NCBI GenBank assembly: GCA_030324005.1
Contig: JARDVH010000163.1
Span: 47,017,624 to 47,081,623 of the forward strand
Source: Negaprion brevirostris
Taxonomy: Eukaryota
Direction: 5' to 3'
Length of the DNA stretch: 64,000 nt
The position numbers and the translations under genes are program-made. Positions 37,020 to 48,735 of this stretch are shown here, one piece after another; position 1 is the first letter of the stretch, and each line of letters starts with the position of its first letter. The notes beneath the pieces were generated by a model that saw only the letters and a list, made by a program, of their open reading frames with translations, ran no database searches and was not told where the DNA came from.

Positions 37020-37345
37020 AGTCAAAATTGCGAATTCAAACCTGCCCTCCAGGCTTGGCACTAAAAAGTGCAGTGCAGAGGTGTCATCCTTCGAATGCCT
37101 CCTTCACTAGTTAAGATGGATCTTGAAAATCCCACAGCACTAATTGTAGAAGAGCAGAGAGATCTTGAGCAACATTCCTTCCTCAACCATCACCGTTATA
37201 AGCAGATTAATGCGCTGTCCTTCCTATTGCAATTCTTTGATATTGCTATGTTCAAAATGGCTGTTCCTTTTTGTCACACAATAGTCTTTGCACTGAAAAG
37301 TAACTTGTGGTACTTCATTATAAGATCAATATGAACGCAAGTTCA
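37020..37345 (+). mobile_element. Old Deu-domain SINE
   Basis: gatggatcttgaaaatcccacagcactaattgtagaagagcagagag...caacattccttcctcaacc...ttcaaaatggctg. Confidence 0.6.
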
Positions 37346-37559
37346 TTTTTCTTGATGGCTCGTCCCAGCACCAGATGAGTTCCTTCTGTTGCACCAGCGA
37401 AGCATTTTTTTATTGCTCAATTCTGACAGCAGTATATATATTATGGTGAATGCAAGCCCACAGATTGGGCAGTTAGTAAGGTAAAAATATCTGACGTGAT
37501 TGAGAACATGGCAGCAGAGATGCCAATTGGAAATGGCAAGGTCAAGAGTGTGGCTGTAA

Positions 37560-37673
37560 ATATGAGTAAAAGAAATTTATGCAGGGAGGACAGGAAGGTA
37601 GTGAAATCAGAGGAGGGGGCAATGTGAGTTCAGTTAAAGCCAGGATATCAATGCCATCATCCACAATCAAATC
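37560..37673 (-). mobile_element. L2-type LINE endonuclease (APE) N-terminal fragment
   Basis: DLIVDDGIDILALTE resembles APE domain II (DILALTETW). Confidence 0.6.
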
Positions 37674-37698
37674 NNNNNNNNNNNNNNNNNNNNNNNNN

Positions 37699-39075
37699 AG
37701 TGCATGCTGGATCATTGAGTTCATTCAAGGTGGAGCTGGATAATTTTTTGATACACATGGGGGTGGAGGGTTATTGGTGGCAGGCAGGAAAATAGAGTTG
37801 AGACCACAGTCAGATCAGCTTGAAATTCTGTGGGAAACTGTCAAGTGAAGCTGTTAAATTAATGGACAAAAATTAATAAACAGAAATTTGGCAGATGAAG
37901 AATCATGGGAAATGTGAACTTGTCCACTTTGGCAGGAAGAATAAAGGGGTGGTTTATTATTTAAAGTGGGAGAAGCTGCAGATCTCTCTGGTACAAAGCA
38001 AGGGGTCGAGTTGTCCAGGTACATGAATCAAAAAGTTAGTGTGTAGTTACAGCAAGTGATAAGGAAGGTAAATGGAATGTTGGTCTTCAGTGCAAGGGGA
38101 AATGAGTACAAAAGTAGAGAAGTGATGCTCCAGCTGTATAAGGCCTTAGTTAGACTACATCTGGAGTACTGTCTGCAGTTTTGGGCTCTTTACTTAAGAG
38201 CATAATTACATTCAAAGCTGTTCAGAAAAAGTCCACTCGACTGATTTCTGGGACAAAAGGATTAGTTTTTGAAAAAGGATTTGAGCAAGTTGGACTTGTG
38301 CCCACTCAAGTTCAGAATAATGAGAGATCACCTTATTGAAACTTAGAAGATACTGGGGGGACTTCACAGGGTGGGTGCTGAGAGGGTGGTTCTCCTTATG
38401 GGGGAGTCTAGAACTAGGGGACACAGTTTAAACATTAGGAGTCTCCCTTTTACGACTGAGTTGAGGATTTTTTTTTTCTCTTGAGTTGTTAGTCTGTAGA
38501 ATTCTCTTCCCCAGAGAGCAGTGCATGCTGGATCATTGAATTCATTCAAGGTGGAGCTAGATACTTTTTTGATACACATGGGAGTGGAGGGTTATTGGTG
38601 GCAGACAGGAAAATAGAGTTGAGACCACAGTCAGATCAACCACGATCTTACTGAATGGCAGAGCAGACTTGATGGGCAGAATAGTATACCTCTGCTTCTG
38701 TTTCTTGTGTTCTTGAACATCAAATGCTGCAGTTTGAATCATTGACAAGAACAAAAATAGCTATAATTTGTTTTTTGCCAATGAGAGCAATACAAAACCA
38801 ACCATCCTAAAATGGAAAGGGTCAGTCATTCAAGACTAAGACGAGAATAAAGTTATTCACTCAAACACATGTTAATCTTTGCAACTGTCTGTCCTGGAGG
38901 GCTGTGGATGCTCAGCCATTGACTATATTCAAGATCAAAGTTACCAGATTATTGGGCATTCAGGAATATGGGGATAGGATGAGAAACTAGTATTGATATA
39001 AAAGTTCAACTACCATAATGAATAATGATGAAGGTGCCAGGGACTAAACAGCCTACCATTCCTCCTGTTTCTTGT
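37699..39075 (+). mobile_element. Cluster of CR1 LINE 3' fragments (37699-37818, ~37850-38715, ~38780-39075)
   Basis: GKCELVHFGRKN, KVNGMLVF, LVRLHLEYCLQFW and ESRTRGHSL motifs; tails gatgggcagaatagtatacctctgct and cagcctaccattcctcctgtttctt. Confidence 0.88.
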
Positions 39076-39327
39076 TTTTTTTTTAATGCACAAGTGAATG
39101 GGATATTTTTATTCCAAAAGAGAATATTGCTTAATTTTTTTGCCTAGTTATTGAAGCTAAGGTCATCAGATTGATATGAGGTGCAAAATGGTGTCAAGGG
39201 TCCCATTTTATGTGAGGTGAACAAATTTCTTCACAGACACAAAAACAGAATATTGCCACTAACAGTCGAGTAAGTATCAAAGCTGTTCAGAAAAATCCAC
39301 TCGACTGATTTCTGGGAGGCCAGATTA

Positions 39328-39389
39328 CAGTAAAAAGTCTGACAACACCAGGTTTTAGTCCAACCGATTTATTTGATAATAGACTCACA
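39328..39389 (-). mobile_element. Penelope-type terminal fragment running into a gap
   Basis: aagtctgacaacaccaggttttagtccaaccgatttatttg is the reverse of the 29520-29556 motif. Confidence 0.65.
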
Positions 39390-39589
39390 NNNNNNNNNNN
39401 NNNNNNNNNNNNNNNNNNNNNNNNNNNNNNNNNNNNNNNNNNNNNNNNNNNNNNNNNNNNNNNNNNNNNNNNNNNNNNNNNNNNNNNNNNNNNNNNNNNN
39501 NNNNNNNNNNNNNNNNNNNNNNNNNNNNNNNNNGGCACCACTTCAAATTAACCTGCACCACATAAAACCAGCATGCATTCCTTAAAGAG

Positions 39590-39845
39590 ACGATAAGACC
39601 ATAGACATAGGAGCAGAATTAGGCCACTCAGCCCATTGAGTCTGCTCAGCCATTCAATCATGATTGATTTTTTTTTCTCATCCCCATTCTCCTGCCTTTT
39701 CCCCATAACCCCTGGTCCTCTTATCAATCAAGAACCTATCTATCCCTGTCTTAAAGACACTCAACGACCTGGCCTCCACAGCCTTCTGCGGCAAAGAGTT
39801 CCACAGATTCACCACTCTCTGGCTGAAGAAATTCCTACTCAATTA
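39590..39845 (-). mobile_element. CR1 3' tail (young subfamily; copies also at 41862 and 58690)
   Basis: accatagacataggagcagaattaggccactcagcccattgagtctgctc. Confidence 0.88.
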
Positions 39846-39849
39846 TGAA

Positions 39850-40286
39850 CGTTTAGAGAAGTACAGTATGATCAAAAGTAGTCAGCACGGCTTTGTTAGA
39901 GGCAGATCCTGTCTTAGGTGCCTGGTTGAGTTTTTTGAAAATGTGACTAAACACATTGACGAAGGAAGATCGGTGGATGCGGTTTATGTGGACTTCAGCA
40001 AGGCATTCGATAAGGTCCCCCTTGCAAGGCTTATTGAGAAAGTGAAGGGGCATGGGATCCAAGGGGATGTTGCTTTGTGGATCCAGAGCCTGCTTGCCCA
40101 CAGAAGGCAGAGAGTGGTTATAGATGAGTCTTTTTCTGCATGGTGGTCGGTCACCAGTGGAGTGCCTCAGGGATCTGTTCTGGGACCCTTGCTGTCTGTG
40201 ATTTTTATAAAAGACCGGGATGAGGAAGTGGAGGGATGGGTTGGTAAGATTGCAGATGACACGAAGGTTGGAGATGTGGTGGATTG
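39850..40286 (+). mobile_element. Young CR1 LINE RT core (open frame, runs into a gap)
   Basis: SQHGFVRGRSCL...VDAVYVDFSKAFDKVP...SGVPQGSVLGPLL...KIADDTKVG. Confidence 0.95.
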
Positions 40287-41861
40287 NNNNNNNNNNNNNN
40301 NNNNNNNNNNNNNNNNNNNNNNNNNNNNNNNNNNNNNNNNNNNNNNNNNNNNNNNNNNNNNNNNNNNNNNNNNNNNNNNNNNNNNNTGAACTGCGCCATT
40401 CAGACTGGGAGGTGGCAAAACCCTCCAAACAGGGTCTACAGCCAGGGGGTCAGTTCTGTCTACGTGGGTGACTCTCAGAGCCCTCAGGAGCTGCAAACTA
40501 TCATGCAGGTCACTATTGACATCTGCAGCCTCCTGGAACAAGAACTCTTTTCACATGGGTTAAGAGGATATGCATCGCCAATGGCTGACTTGATGCCTGT
40601 CACAAAAGAGCTAGCCCCTCCCTTTATCCCTCTCTGTCTGTCCCAGGGTTTCTGCTTCTCACAAAGCTGTGTGTTTTCTTCCCAACCAAGGTGAAAAATC
40701 TTGGAGATGTGAATGCTGCTAATGGCTTGTGCACAGAGGTGGGAAGGACACTATGGAGGATGACTGTGAGGCATTGGTGCAGTAGGATGTGGGTGGGTGA
40801 CAGTCTGGGCTATTCAGATTGGGATGTGGGAAGGTCTGAAGATAGAGGATTGAATGGAGCCGCAAGGTGTATTATTCTGAGGAGTGCTGTGCAGGGGAAT
40901 GCAGGGAAAGTTAAAGTGTGGGCCTTAGCACTTTGCTGCCATTCACATCTCCTACCTTCCTGTGATCCTGGACCCCCTTGGTGCATTGTCTCCAAATTGG
41001 AGGGATCACACTCCTGCTGCTGGCTTCCTCAAACACTTTTGTCTACACTTTTTAGTTGGATAGGTTGTCCTCTTTCTCCAATCCTTGGGAAAGTTGAACT
41101 TACCACAGTCCCCCTGATCCCTCAGAAGGACCTTCTGTTCAGAGAATGAGAAACCCTGGGGAGCAGTCTTCACAAATCTCCTCCCCAGTCCTGTGGCGGC
41201 TGCAGCCTATAAGTTCACGTGCTGGTGAGTTTTGCTGCAATTTACCGGGATCCCTTAAATAGAATTCCTTCCTTTAACAGAATGAGTGTAACATTCCACT
41301 CATTCTCCATAATTGGTGGGGAAGCCTCGAGGCAGGTTTCCAATCAGTTTGCTGTGGCAAGGAGCGACTACAATGTCCACACGTTGAGGATTTGTGTCCT
41401 TAACCCAAAATGATCGCAATGTTGCACCACAGACTAAGGGTTGTAAGATTCCACCTTCTCTCCCTGTATGCACACATATCACTTGCCAGAGGATTTAAAA
41501 ACAAGTCAGCAAGAGAAAAGATTTAGGGACCACCAAGCAAGTTTTCCGTTGCTTTCCAGGACCATGCCACCTATTAGAGGATTGGTTTGCAGAATTAGCT
41601 GGAGGTATATGGAAAGAATCTCAAAGGTAATTAGGGATGGGCATTGAATGCTGGCCGAGCCAGTGAAGTCCAGATCCCTTTCATTAATACATTTAAAAAT
41701 CTCAGTTTGCACTGACTGCTCCATTCTTTTGGGATCCATTAATTACTCATACTGACTGGTTACCATCAGCGCTGCAAGGGAGATCAATCCAGTTGAGACA
41801 TTATCCCTGCCACAATGGGTTGAATTGGTCCAATCTTCAATCAACAGTGTGTTCTCTTGGA

Positions 41862-42415
41862 GCCATAAGACCATAAGACATCGGAGCAGAATCAGGCCAC
41901 TCAGCCCATCGAGTCTGCTCCACTATTCAATCATGGCTGATTTTTTTTTCTCATCTCCATTCTCCTGTCTTTTCCCTGATCCCCTTATCAATCAAGAACC
42001 TATCTATCTCTGTCTTAAAGGCACTCAATGCCTTTAAGACAGAGGCCTCCATAGCTCCCTGTAACAAAGCGTTCCACAGATTCATCACTCTCTGGCTGAA
42101 GAAATTCCTCCTCATTTCTGTTTTAAAGAATCGTCCCTTTAGCCTGAGGTTGTACCCTCTGGTTCTAGTTTTTCTACCCGTGGAAACATCCTCTCCATGT
42201 CACTCTATCCAGGCCACTCAGTTTCCTATAAGTTTCAATAAGATCCTCCCTCATCCTTCTAAACTCCAACTAGTACAGACCCAGAGTCCTCAACCATTCC
42301 TCATATGACAAGCTCTTTATTCCGGGGATCATTCTTGTGAACCTCCCCTGGACCTTTTCGAAGGCCAGCATAGCCTTCCTTAGACACGGGGTCAAGAACT
42401 GCTCACCCCAGTACT
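41862..42415 (-). mobile_element. CR1 LINE 3' fragment
   Basis: Tail ccataagaccataagacatcggagcagaatcagg; body tcctccctcatccttctaaactccaac is the reverse of LEFRRMRED. Confidence 0.9.
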
Positions 42416-44451
42416 CCTAAGAGGAAGTGCATTCTGGCTGAGGTAGGTGCTGGAGCCTCTTGCAGAAGAGTGTATGAGCAAGATGAATATTGAATACAAA
42501 ATAGCAGAAAGCAACCTCGATCAAGGCAATATAAAGGAAGAGAGATGTTATCTATCTGCACAAAGCCTTCCAGACGAATTATTAGAAGACAGTAGGACCA
42601 GATAACTAGGAGTCCAATCCTGGGACCTGGCTGCCAAATCACCAAAGACATTGCACCTAACTCACTGTCACACTTCCCTTTCTTTTGAAGAACAAGGTGA
42701 CTGAAGAACAACTGGACTTAGCAGCACTTAACTGAACAGGCCCGTTTGTATTTCCTTAAACTTGAAGCAGTTGTGATGGAAAAGTGTTGGTGGAAATTTC
42801 TGAGCACCTGTACGATGCATCACTCCCTTTCAAAAACATCTCCTGATCAACATTGAGGATGGAATCACAGTTTTTCCAGGGATAACTGTCTGTAGCTCAG
42901 GCAAGTGGTGAAGAATGATTTACTGTCATTTCCTCCTCATGTTGATCATCATTGACCTCATATTGTGCCCCATGTACAGTATGTGTGGCAAGTCTTGAAA
43001 ATCTATTCATCAGTGTTAACAGACACCAACATATGAGGGTGGAAAACATTAGGGAGCAATATTGCAGAATTTGGTTCAAGTTCCTGTTGGAGGCTGTTGC
43101 CGTTGGGAGGAAATATTGTGCATCGCTTCCCTCCAATGCACTCCCGATGTCATCCATTTACTTCCATGGCCCTTGTCTTGAGTTTGTAATCACACCATTT
43201 GCCATGATAGTAATATCACTATATGACATAAGTTTATTATCTTCTGCTGTTCAGTGTCATAAATTCAAATGAAACATCAGTTTTATTTTCTCTATTTCAT
43301 CATTGAAGGACCCGTCCATTATTTTTAAAATCTAAATAACTTAATCCAAGCAGAGGAAGCACAGCTTCTTAACAATTATGCAACCATCTGTGATTTAAAG
43401 TTCAGCTTTTCATTTTTCTGTTTTCTGGTAATGACCCCAATGCAGCCAGTAATCTTTGACACAACATGTACTCAACAACTCAAATTATTCAAATGTTTTA
43501 GTTGAATTTCTTCTTCCTTCATTTTATCTTTTTACCCAAATGACTAAATGATGCTTCAGTTAAACTGAGTTATTGAACTTTTTTTGGATTTTCAATTAGG
43601 TCAAACTAAAAGACACTTCCATCAAATCAGTTAATTATTTCCTACCAGCAAATATAATGCGTGAACTCATTACCAATCATTACAATTCTTTAAGCCTGTT
43701 CATTTTCTTCTGTTATCTTATTGCAATTAAAGTTGCTTGTTGTGTGAGTTGAGAATGATTCAACTTGAATGGTCCTTGCATTATGAGCATACAGTTGTTT
43801 TGATCCATTCCAAATGATTTGTTCCACAAGTCATATTGTCCTGGAAAAGAGAACCAATTAATATATGAAAGTAATCTTGAGATTGAAGAAAAAGTTAGTC
43901 TTTGTGCTGGCATCCCATAATTATATGAGGACAATTTTCAACTTGAGAAGCAGCATACAACTGATACTTTCACATTGGCCACTCATTCAACAGCCTGCCT
44001 GATGTTTCTTCAATTTAAAAAAAAATTATCTTGTCCTGTACATCCCCATCATTTGAAAAAATGGTACCGGAACCGAGAACTAATTATTACATCTGATTGG
44101 TCTGCTCATTTGTCTAATTATGTTTATATTTTATTATCCTTCATACATTTCAATTAATATTTTGTTATACTAAAAGAGCTTTACATTTGTCACTGTTATC
44201 TTCTGGGCATTACTCATGCAAATATTGATGTGCTACTTTAGCCTAGAAATTATCAGTTGAAAACAGGAAATCAATAGCCTTAATAGCTCTTCATTATTGC
44301 ACACAGTGAATGCATTTGTGTGGTGAAGTCTTAATATTCTCAATGTTATGGGCAGTTCAATTTACAACTATTATCTGATGGCCACCAGGCCATTGCTATT
44401 ACCATATCTTACACCTTTATTCATTGTAAGCATCATTATTTTATAATGAAG

Positions 44452-44546
44452 AATGAAAGTCCTGGAACTCCCTCACTAACAGCACCATGGTGTACCCACA
44501 CTATATGGATTGCAGCAGTTCATGAAGGTGGCTCACCACCACCTAC
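44452..44546 (+). mobile_element. LINE 3' fragment (22475 family)
   Basis: tcctggaactccctcactaacagcacc...ggattgcagcagttcatgaaggtggctcaccaccacct. Confidence 0.7.
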
Positions 44547-44719
44547 AGATCCTTGAAAGAAGGAGCAAGCTGAACAATCACCAAAAATATGTCAAGCATC
44601 ACAGGTGCAATAGACACAAGCTGAAGTACAGGCTGGGGAGGGGTAGCGACTCTGGAGAATCTCAGGGCGGGCAATGTCTAGGATTTGCGCATACATTCCT
44701 GCTGTGATAGCGTCTCCCA

Positions 44720-45600
44720 ACACTGGATTTTCGGCAGCGTTTGCTCTGCCCTGGAAATCGTCAGGGAGACAAGAAAATGATTTAGGTAATTTCCCTCTAA
44801 ATGAGATTAGCGGGCCTGGAACTGAAGTCTACGGGCCCGCTAGCCTCTCCCACTCCAACAGGGATTACACTAGCTCTCCATTTTTGGGGAGTCCTGATCC
44901 TGCTGGAGTGAAGGGCAGGCAATCTGAACCCCCTGGGCCTGGGGTCCTTGGCAGTGTCAGCCTGTGCCCCCAGCTCTGCCCAAGAGACAAAGTGCCAATG
45001 CACAGGGTGCACCTTGAAACTACCCACTGTGCATTGGGCACTGACAAGAGAGTGGGCCCTATTGGGACAGGGCATGATGTAGACAGGGCCACGGGTGATC
45101 AGTGGGGATGTGGGGTTCCACTGCTACTCTGCATAGGAACCAGTCAGAGAAGGAGGGAGGGTTGGGCTGGGAGGGTCAGCCTGCTGTGGGTTTAGAACTG
45201 TGGGGGGGGGGTCAGGGCAATTGGGGTGGGTCAGTTCAGCGGGAGAGGGGCTTTACTCTGGCAGAAGGGCAGGGAGAGGTCAGGGCTGGACCCGGCAATG
45301 GTTGGAGGACGGCAGTCGGGCCATGGACAGGCAGAGAGTCGGCGTTGAGGAGGTTGCGGGGCTGGCCAGCAATCAAGCTGACCAGCAATTAGGCTGTTAG
45401 TGCGGGCCTACTGCGTATGCGCCAATCTCAACACTGTGCAGTAGACTGCTCAGCACACTGATTTCAGCCTTTGCAGCGGCATAGGCCCCACCCACTGAAA
45501 TTTAATAATATTCATGCTGGTTGCCTCTGCAGTGCACAGTGTAAGGGTGATTCTTTTCTGAACTCCCTCTGAAAAAAACAGCTTGTATTACCTCTGTTTT
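44720..45600. repeat. GC-rich interspersed repeat (probable non-autonomous DNA transposon); homologue at 54975-55602
   Basis: Shared blocks attagcgggcctgg / ctagcctctcc / actagctc / gctggagtgaaggg / ggcagtgtcagcctg / caccttga in both copies. Confidence 0.65.
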
Positions 45601-45699
45601 CAGAATTTGACATTTAGAATTATTTTGAGAGAATTCCCCTCCTGGTATCCAGACAGCTGTGAGCACTAATCAGAATCAACAAGCAGCAAAATGCCCAGA

Positions 45700-47760
45700 G
45701 TTCAATGTAAGTGTGGAATCTACACAGCAGCACCCAGAACCTTTCCAAAGTACTGAAGGCTCGTATCTGGGACAACTGGAGAAAGAGGTTTCCCAGATAT
45801 AGAACCCCACAAAAGGGGACAAAAGGATGAGACCAGTACTTTATTCTTTGCAATTGGAACTATTATTGACAACAGAATAGTAAGGTAAGGAGTTGATAAA
45901 ACTTAAAGCTCTTATGAGGTTCTGCAAGCATTTGATTCACATTTCAGTGTTCATAAAACTTTAATTATAGATTGGGTATGGGGACTGGGAGCTGAATGTC
46001 CAGGGGTGTCAAGTGTTTAGGAAGGATAGGCGGGAGGAAAAAGGGCGGGGGCGTAGCTCTGCTGATTAAGGATAGCATCAGGGTGGTAGTAAGGGATGAT
46101 ATAGGAACCAAAGAGCAGAAAGTNNNNNNNNNNNNNNNNNNNNNNNNNNNNNNNNNNNNNNNNNNNNNNNNNNNNNNNNNNNNNNNNNNNNNNNNNNNNN
46201 NNNNNNNNNNNNNNNNNNNNNNNGATCTTATTGAATGGCGGGGCAGGCTCGAGGGGCTAGATGGCCTACTCCTGCTCCTATTTCTTATGTTCTTATGAAA
46301 ACAAAAACCAAGCAAGAGCATGAATTAGTTCATCAGTGATTTATACTGACTGGCAGAAATTTGTGACCATGGAATATTGAGGCATGAATTGATTCATGAT
46401 CACATGGTAGTTGGGGTCCTGGATGTAGCTCTGTCAGATTCCTTGCGAACAGGAGAAGGTTTGACTCCACTTAAGGCAGGACCTATCACAGGGCAAAATA
46501 GTGTGTTAGTTTGCAGGGAAAATGAGGTCCCTTCTAAACACATGAAAGAAGCCACTCAGTATGTAGATCAGAGGAGGGGAAGCCTACCAAAACAGAGGCC
46601 TTTGAAAACTGAGAAAAGTATACCAAACGTCATTTGGATGTGCTCTCGGTGTGGCTGGTGAAAACCCTACAAAAACGGGAAGAATGTCCAGCAGGGGGAT
46701 CAGAGTGCCACAACCTTGGGAAAGTAGGACATTCCAAATTGTCTGCTGATCTAGAATTCAGCCTCCAAAAAGAAAGATAAAATAGTAAAGCTACACCATA
46801 TACAAGAAGTGAAAGAACCACAGAAAAGGAAATTGCACTCATTGGAGAAGGACATGAAACAGAAAATAAATACTGATGCATTAAATTTGCATTGGATGGA
46901 CAATCCACAGAATTTGGATTAGACACTGGAGAAGGTGTTTCAGTCTAATTCTAACAAAGTAAGGTAGCTGAAGCACATTACAATACAATCATCATCCATC
47001 CAGTTATATAGTCCAGGTAGGACTGCACTGAAAGTCATAGGACAACATCTGACAAAATTAAAATACAAAGAAAGAGAAATATTTGAAAGTCTGTACATCA
47101 TTGCACAACCAAGAACCATCGTTATTATGCAGGAAGGCATGCTTACAATTGAAGCTGATCAATAAAGTTGTTGAACTTGCTGACAAAAAGCACAGTAGTG
47201 CATTCAGGAATAAATTTCCAAGATTATTTAAAGGCTTCGGAAAACTGAAGACCAAAAGCCATGTTATCTTAAGAGTGATGCTAAACCAATTTTCTACCAC
47301 ATCGAGGAAGGTAAGTCTCTCACTCACTCTTAAATAAAGTCAAGGATGAAACTGAGGATATACTACAGTGGGGCATTATCTTTCTCATAGCCATACCAAC
47401 ATAATGATGTTGTAGAATGATCACAATCGCAAAACAAAATTGTTCAATTAGAATATGCGTGGACTTGATTGAACTAAACAAACTTGTGGAACGTGAATCC
47501 CCTGGCACCATCAGTCGATGACAATCTTCCAAACTAGCTAGCAGTAATCCTGTTCACCTAACCAGTGGATTCCACTAGTTGCCTGTGGGTAAGATGCTCC
47601 ATCAGTGAGATGGGGCAAATGGCCTCCTCTTGCACCGTATGGATTCTGTGATTCTTTGAACTGTGTGTCAGACCCTAGAAGGCATGGGCGGAATAATATA
47701 CCGTGTGGATGATTTACTTGTACATGAGGAAATAAGCATGACCATAATAATGGTGTTCAC
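45700..47760 (+). mobile_element. Decayed Ty3/Gypsy LTR retrotransposon internal region (gag-protease-RT) with nested insertions
   Basis: Gag WRKRFPRYR, STLFFAIG, ELIHDHMVVGVLD; Zn-knuckle remnant CSRCG...EECPA...CHN..KVGH; protease LDTG (ttagacactgga ~46919); SLLCRKACLQLKLI..FPRLFKGFGKL; RT IRICVDLIELNK; IIYRVDDLLVH (~47693-47725). Many frameshifts. Confidence 0.85.
45968..46296 (+). mobile_element. Young CR1 inserted in the Gypsy gag: APE fragment, gap, 3' tail
   Basis: DWELNVQGCQVFRKDR...GGGVALLIKD before the gap; ggcaggctcgaggggctagatggcctactcctgctcctatttcttatgttcttatg after it. Confidence 0.88.
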
Positions 47761-48154
47761 AAAATACAACCATGCGTAGCTTACGTAAGGCAAGTGCACA
47801 ATCTCTGGAGAACCCCAAATAGAGCCCAAACATGAGAAAAAACATTAACTAAGACAAATATACATTAATTACTGTACTTCAGTTTGTGCAACAGGAAGAT
47901 ACTGATGAGTTAAAAATGAAGGATTTGATAAACTTCAAGACTGATGAAGTGTTGGTCATTTTTTTTGGATTTTGCCTGCGTTGCCTGAGCTAGAGTTTTT
48001 TCCAATTCATTACATTGCCCATTCATTAAAACATGAATGATAACAATGAAAGAATAAAAAGGGTCGATAAGTAAAGAGTTTTTATTTTTGTAGGAGAACC
48101 TTGTACAAAGGGCCACTGTTTAAATGAAAGGAATGGCCCATTTCGGACCGAATT

Positions 48155-48442
48155 ATACAATCCCTTTGGTGCAGAAGGAGGCCATTTAGCCCATCAGCCT
48201 GCACCACCAACACCCCAAGCCCTATTCCTGTTACCCCACGTATTTACCCCGCAAATCCCCCGACACAGTGCAATTTTGTATGGCCAATCAACCTAATCTG
48301 CACGTCATTGGAATGTGGGAAGAAACCAGACCACCTGGAGGAAAGACACACAGATACGGAAAGAATGTGCAAACTCGACACAAACAGTCCCCCAAGGCTG
48401 GAATTGAACCTGGGTCCTTCGCACTACGTGGCAGCAGTGCTG
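48155..48442 (-). mobile_element. HE1 V-SINE, near full length
   Basis: Reverse tRNA head (ggaattgaacctgggtcc...gcagcagtgct), V core (gtgggaagaaaccagaccacctggagg) and CR1-like tail (gcagaaggaggccatttagcccatc). Confidence 0.88.
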
Positions 48443-48447
48443 GCAGT

Positions 48448-48735
48448 GACAGAGATGAGACCAACTTCTTTCCCTGAGGGTTGAGTGTCTTTGGAACTCT
48501 CATCTTCAAAGGCAAAGGAAGCAGAATCTTTGAATACTTTTAAGGTGGTAGTACATAGATTCCTGATAAGGAAGGGGTTGGGGGTGGAGGGGGTGCGGTG
48601 GTCAAAGGCTGTCAGAAGTAGATGGGAATGTGGAGTTGAAGTTACAGTCAAATCAGCCATGATCTTATTGAATGGCAGAGCACGTTCAGGGGTAGAGTGG
48701 CCTTTACCTGCTCCTAATTCATATGTTTGTATGTA
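48448..48735 (+). mobile_element. CR1 3' fragment (host of the HE1 insertion)
   Basis: EAESLNTFKVVVHRFLIRKG; tail cagccatgatcttattgaatggcagagc...cctgctcctaattc. Confidence 0.85.

Noticed and set aside
39868-40389. Intact-looking reverse transcriptase ORF
   Set aside because: It is CR1 LINE ORF2, not a host gene or a retron/DGR-type system.
44674-45195. 173-aa ORF (and the 204/191-aa ORFs at 55151-55769)
   Set aside because: They lie in a GC-rich interspersed repeat present twice in the window, show no protein motifs, and the frames are not conserved between copies.
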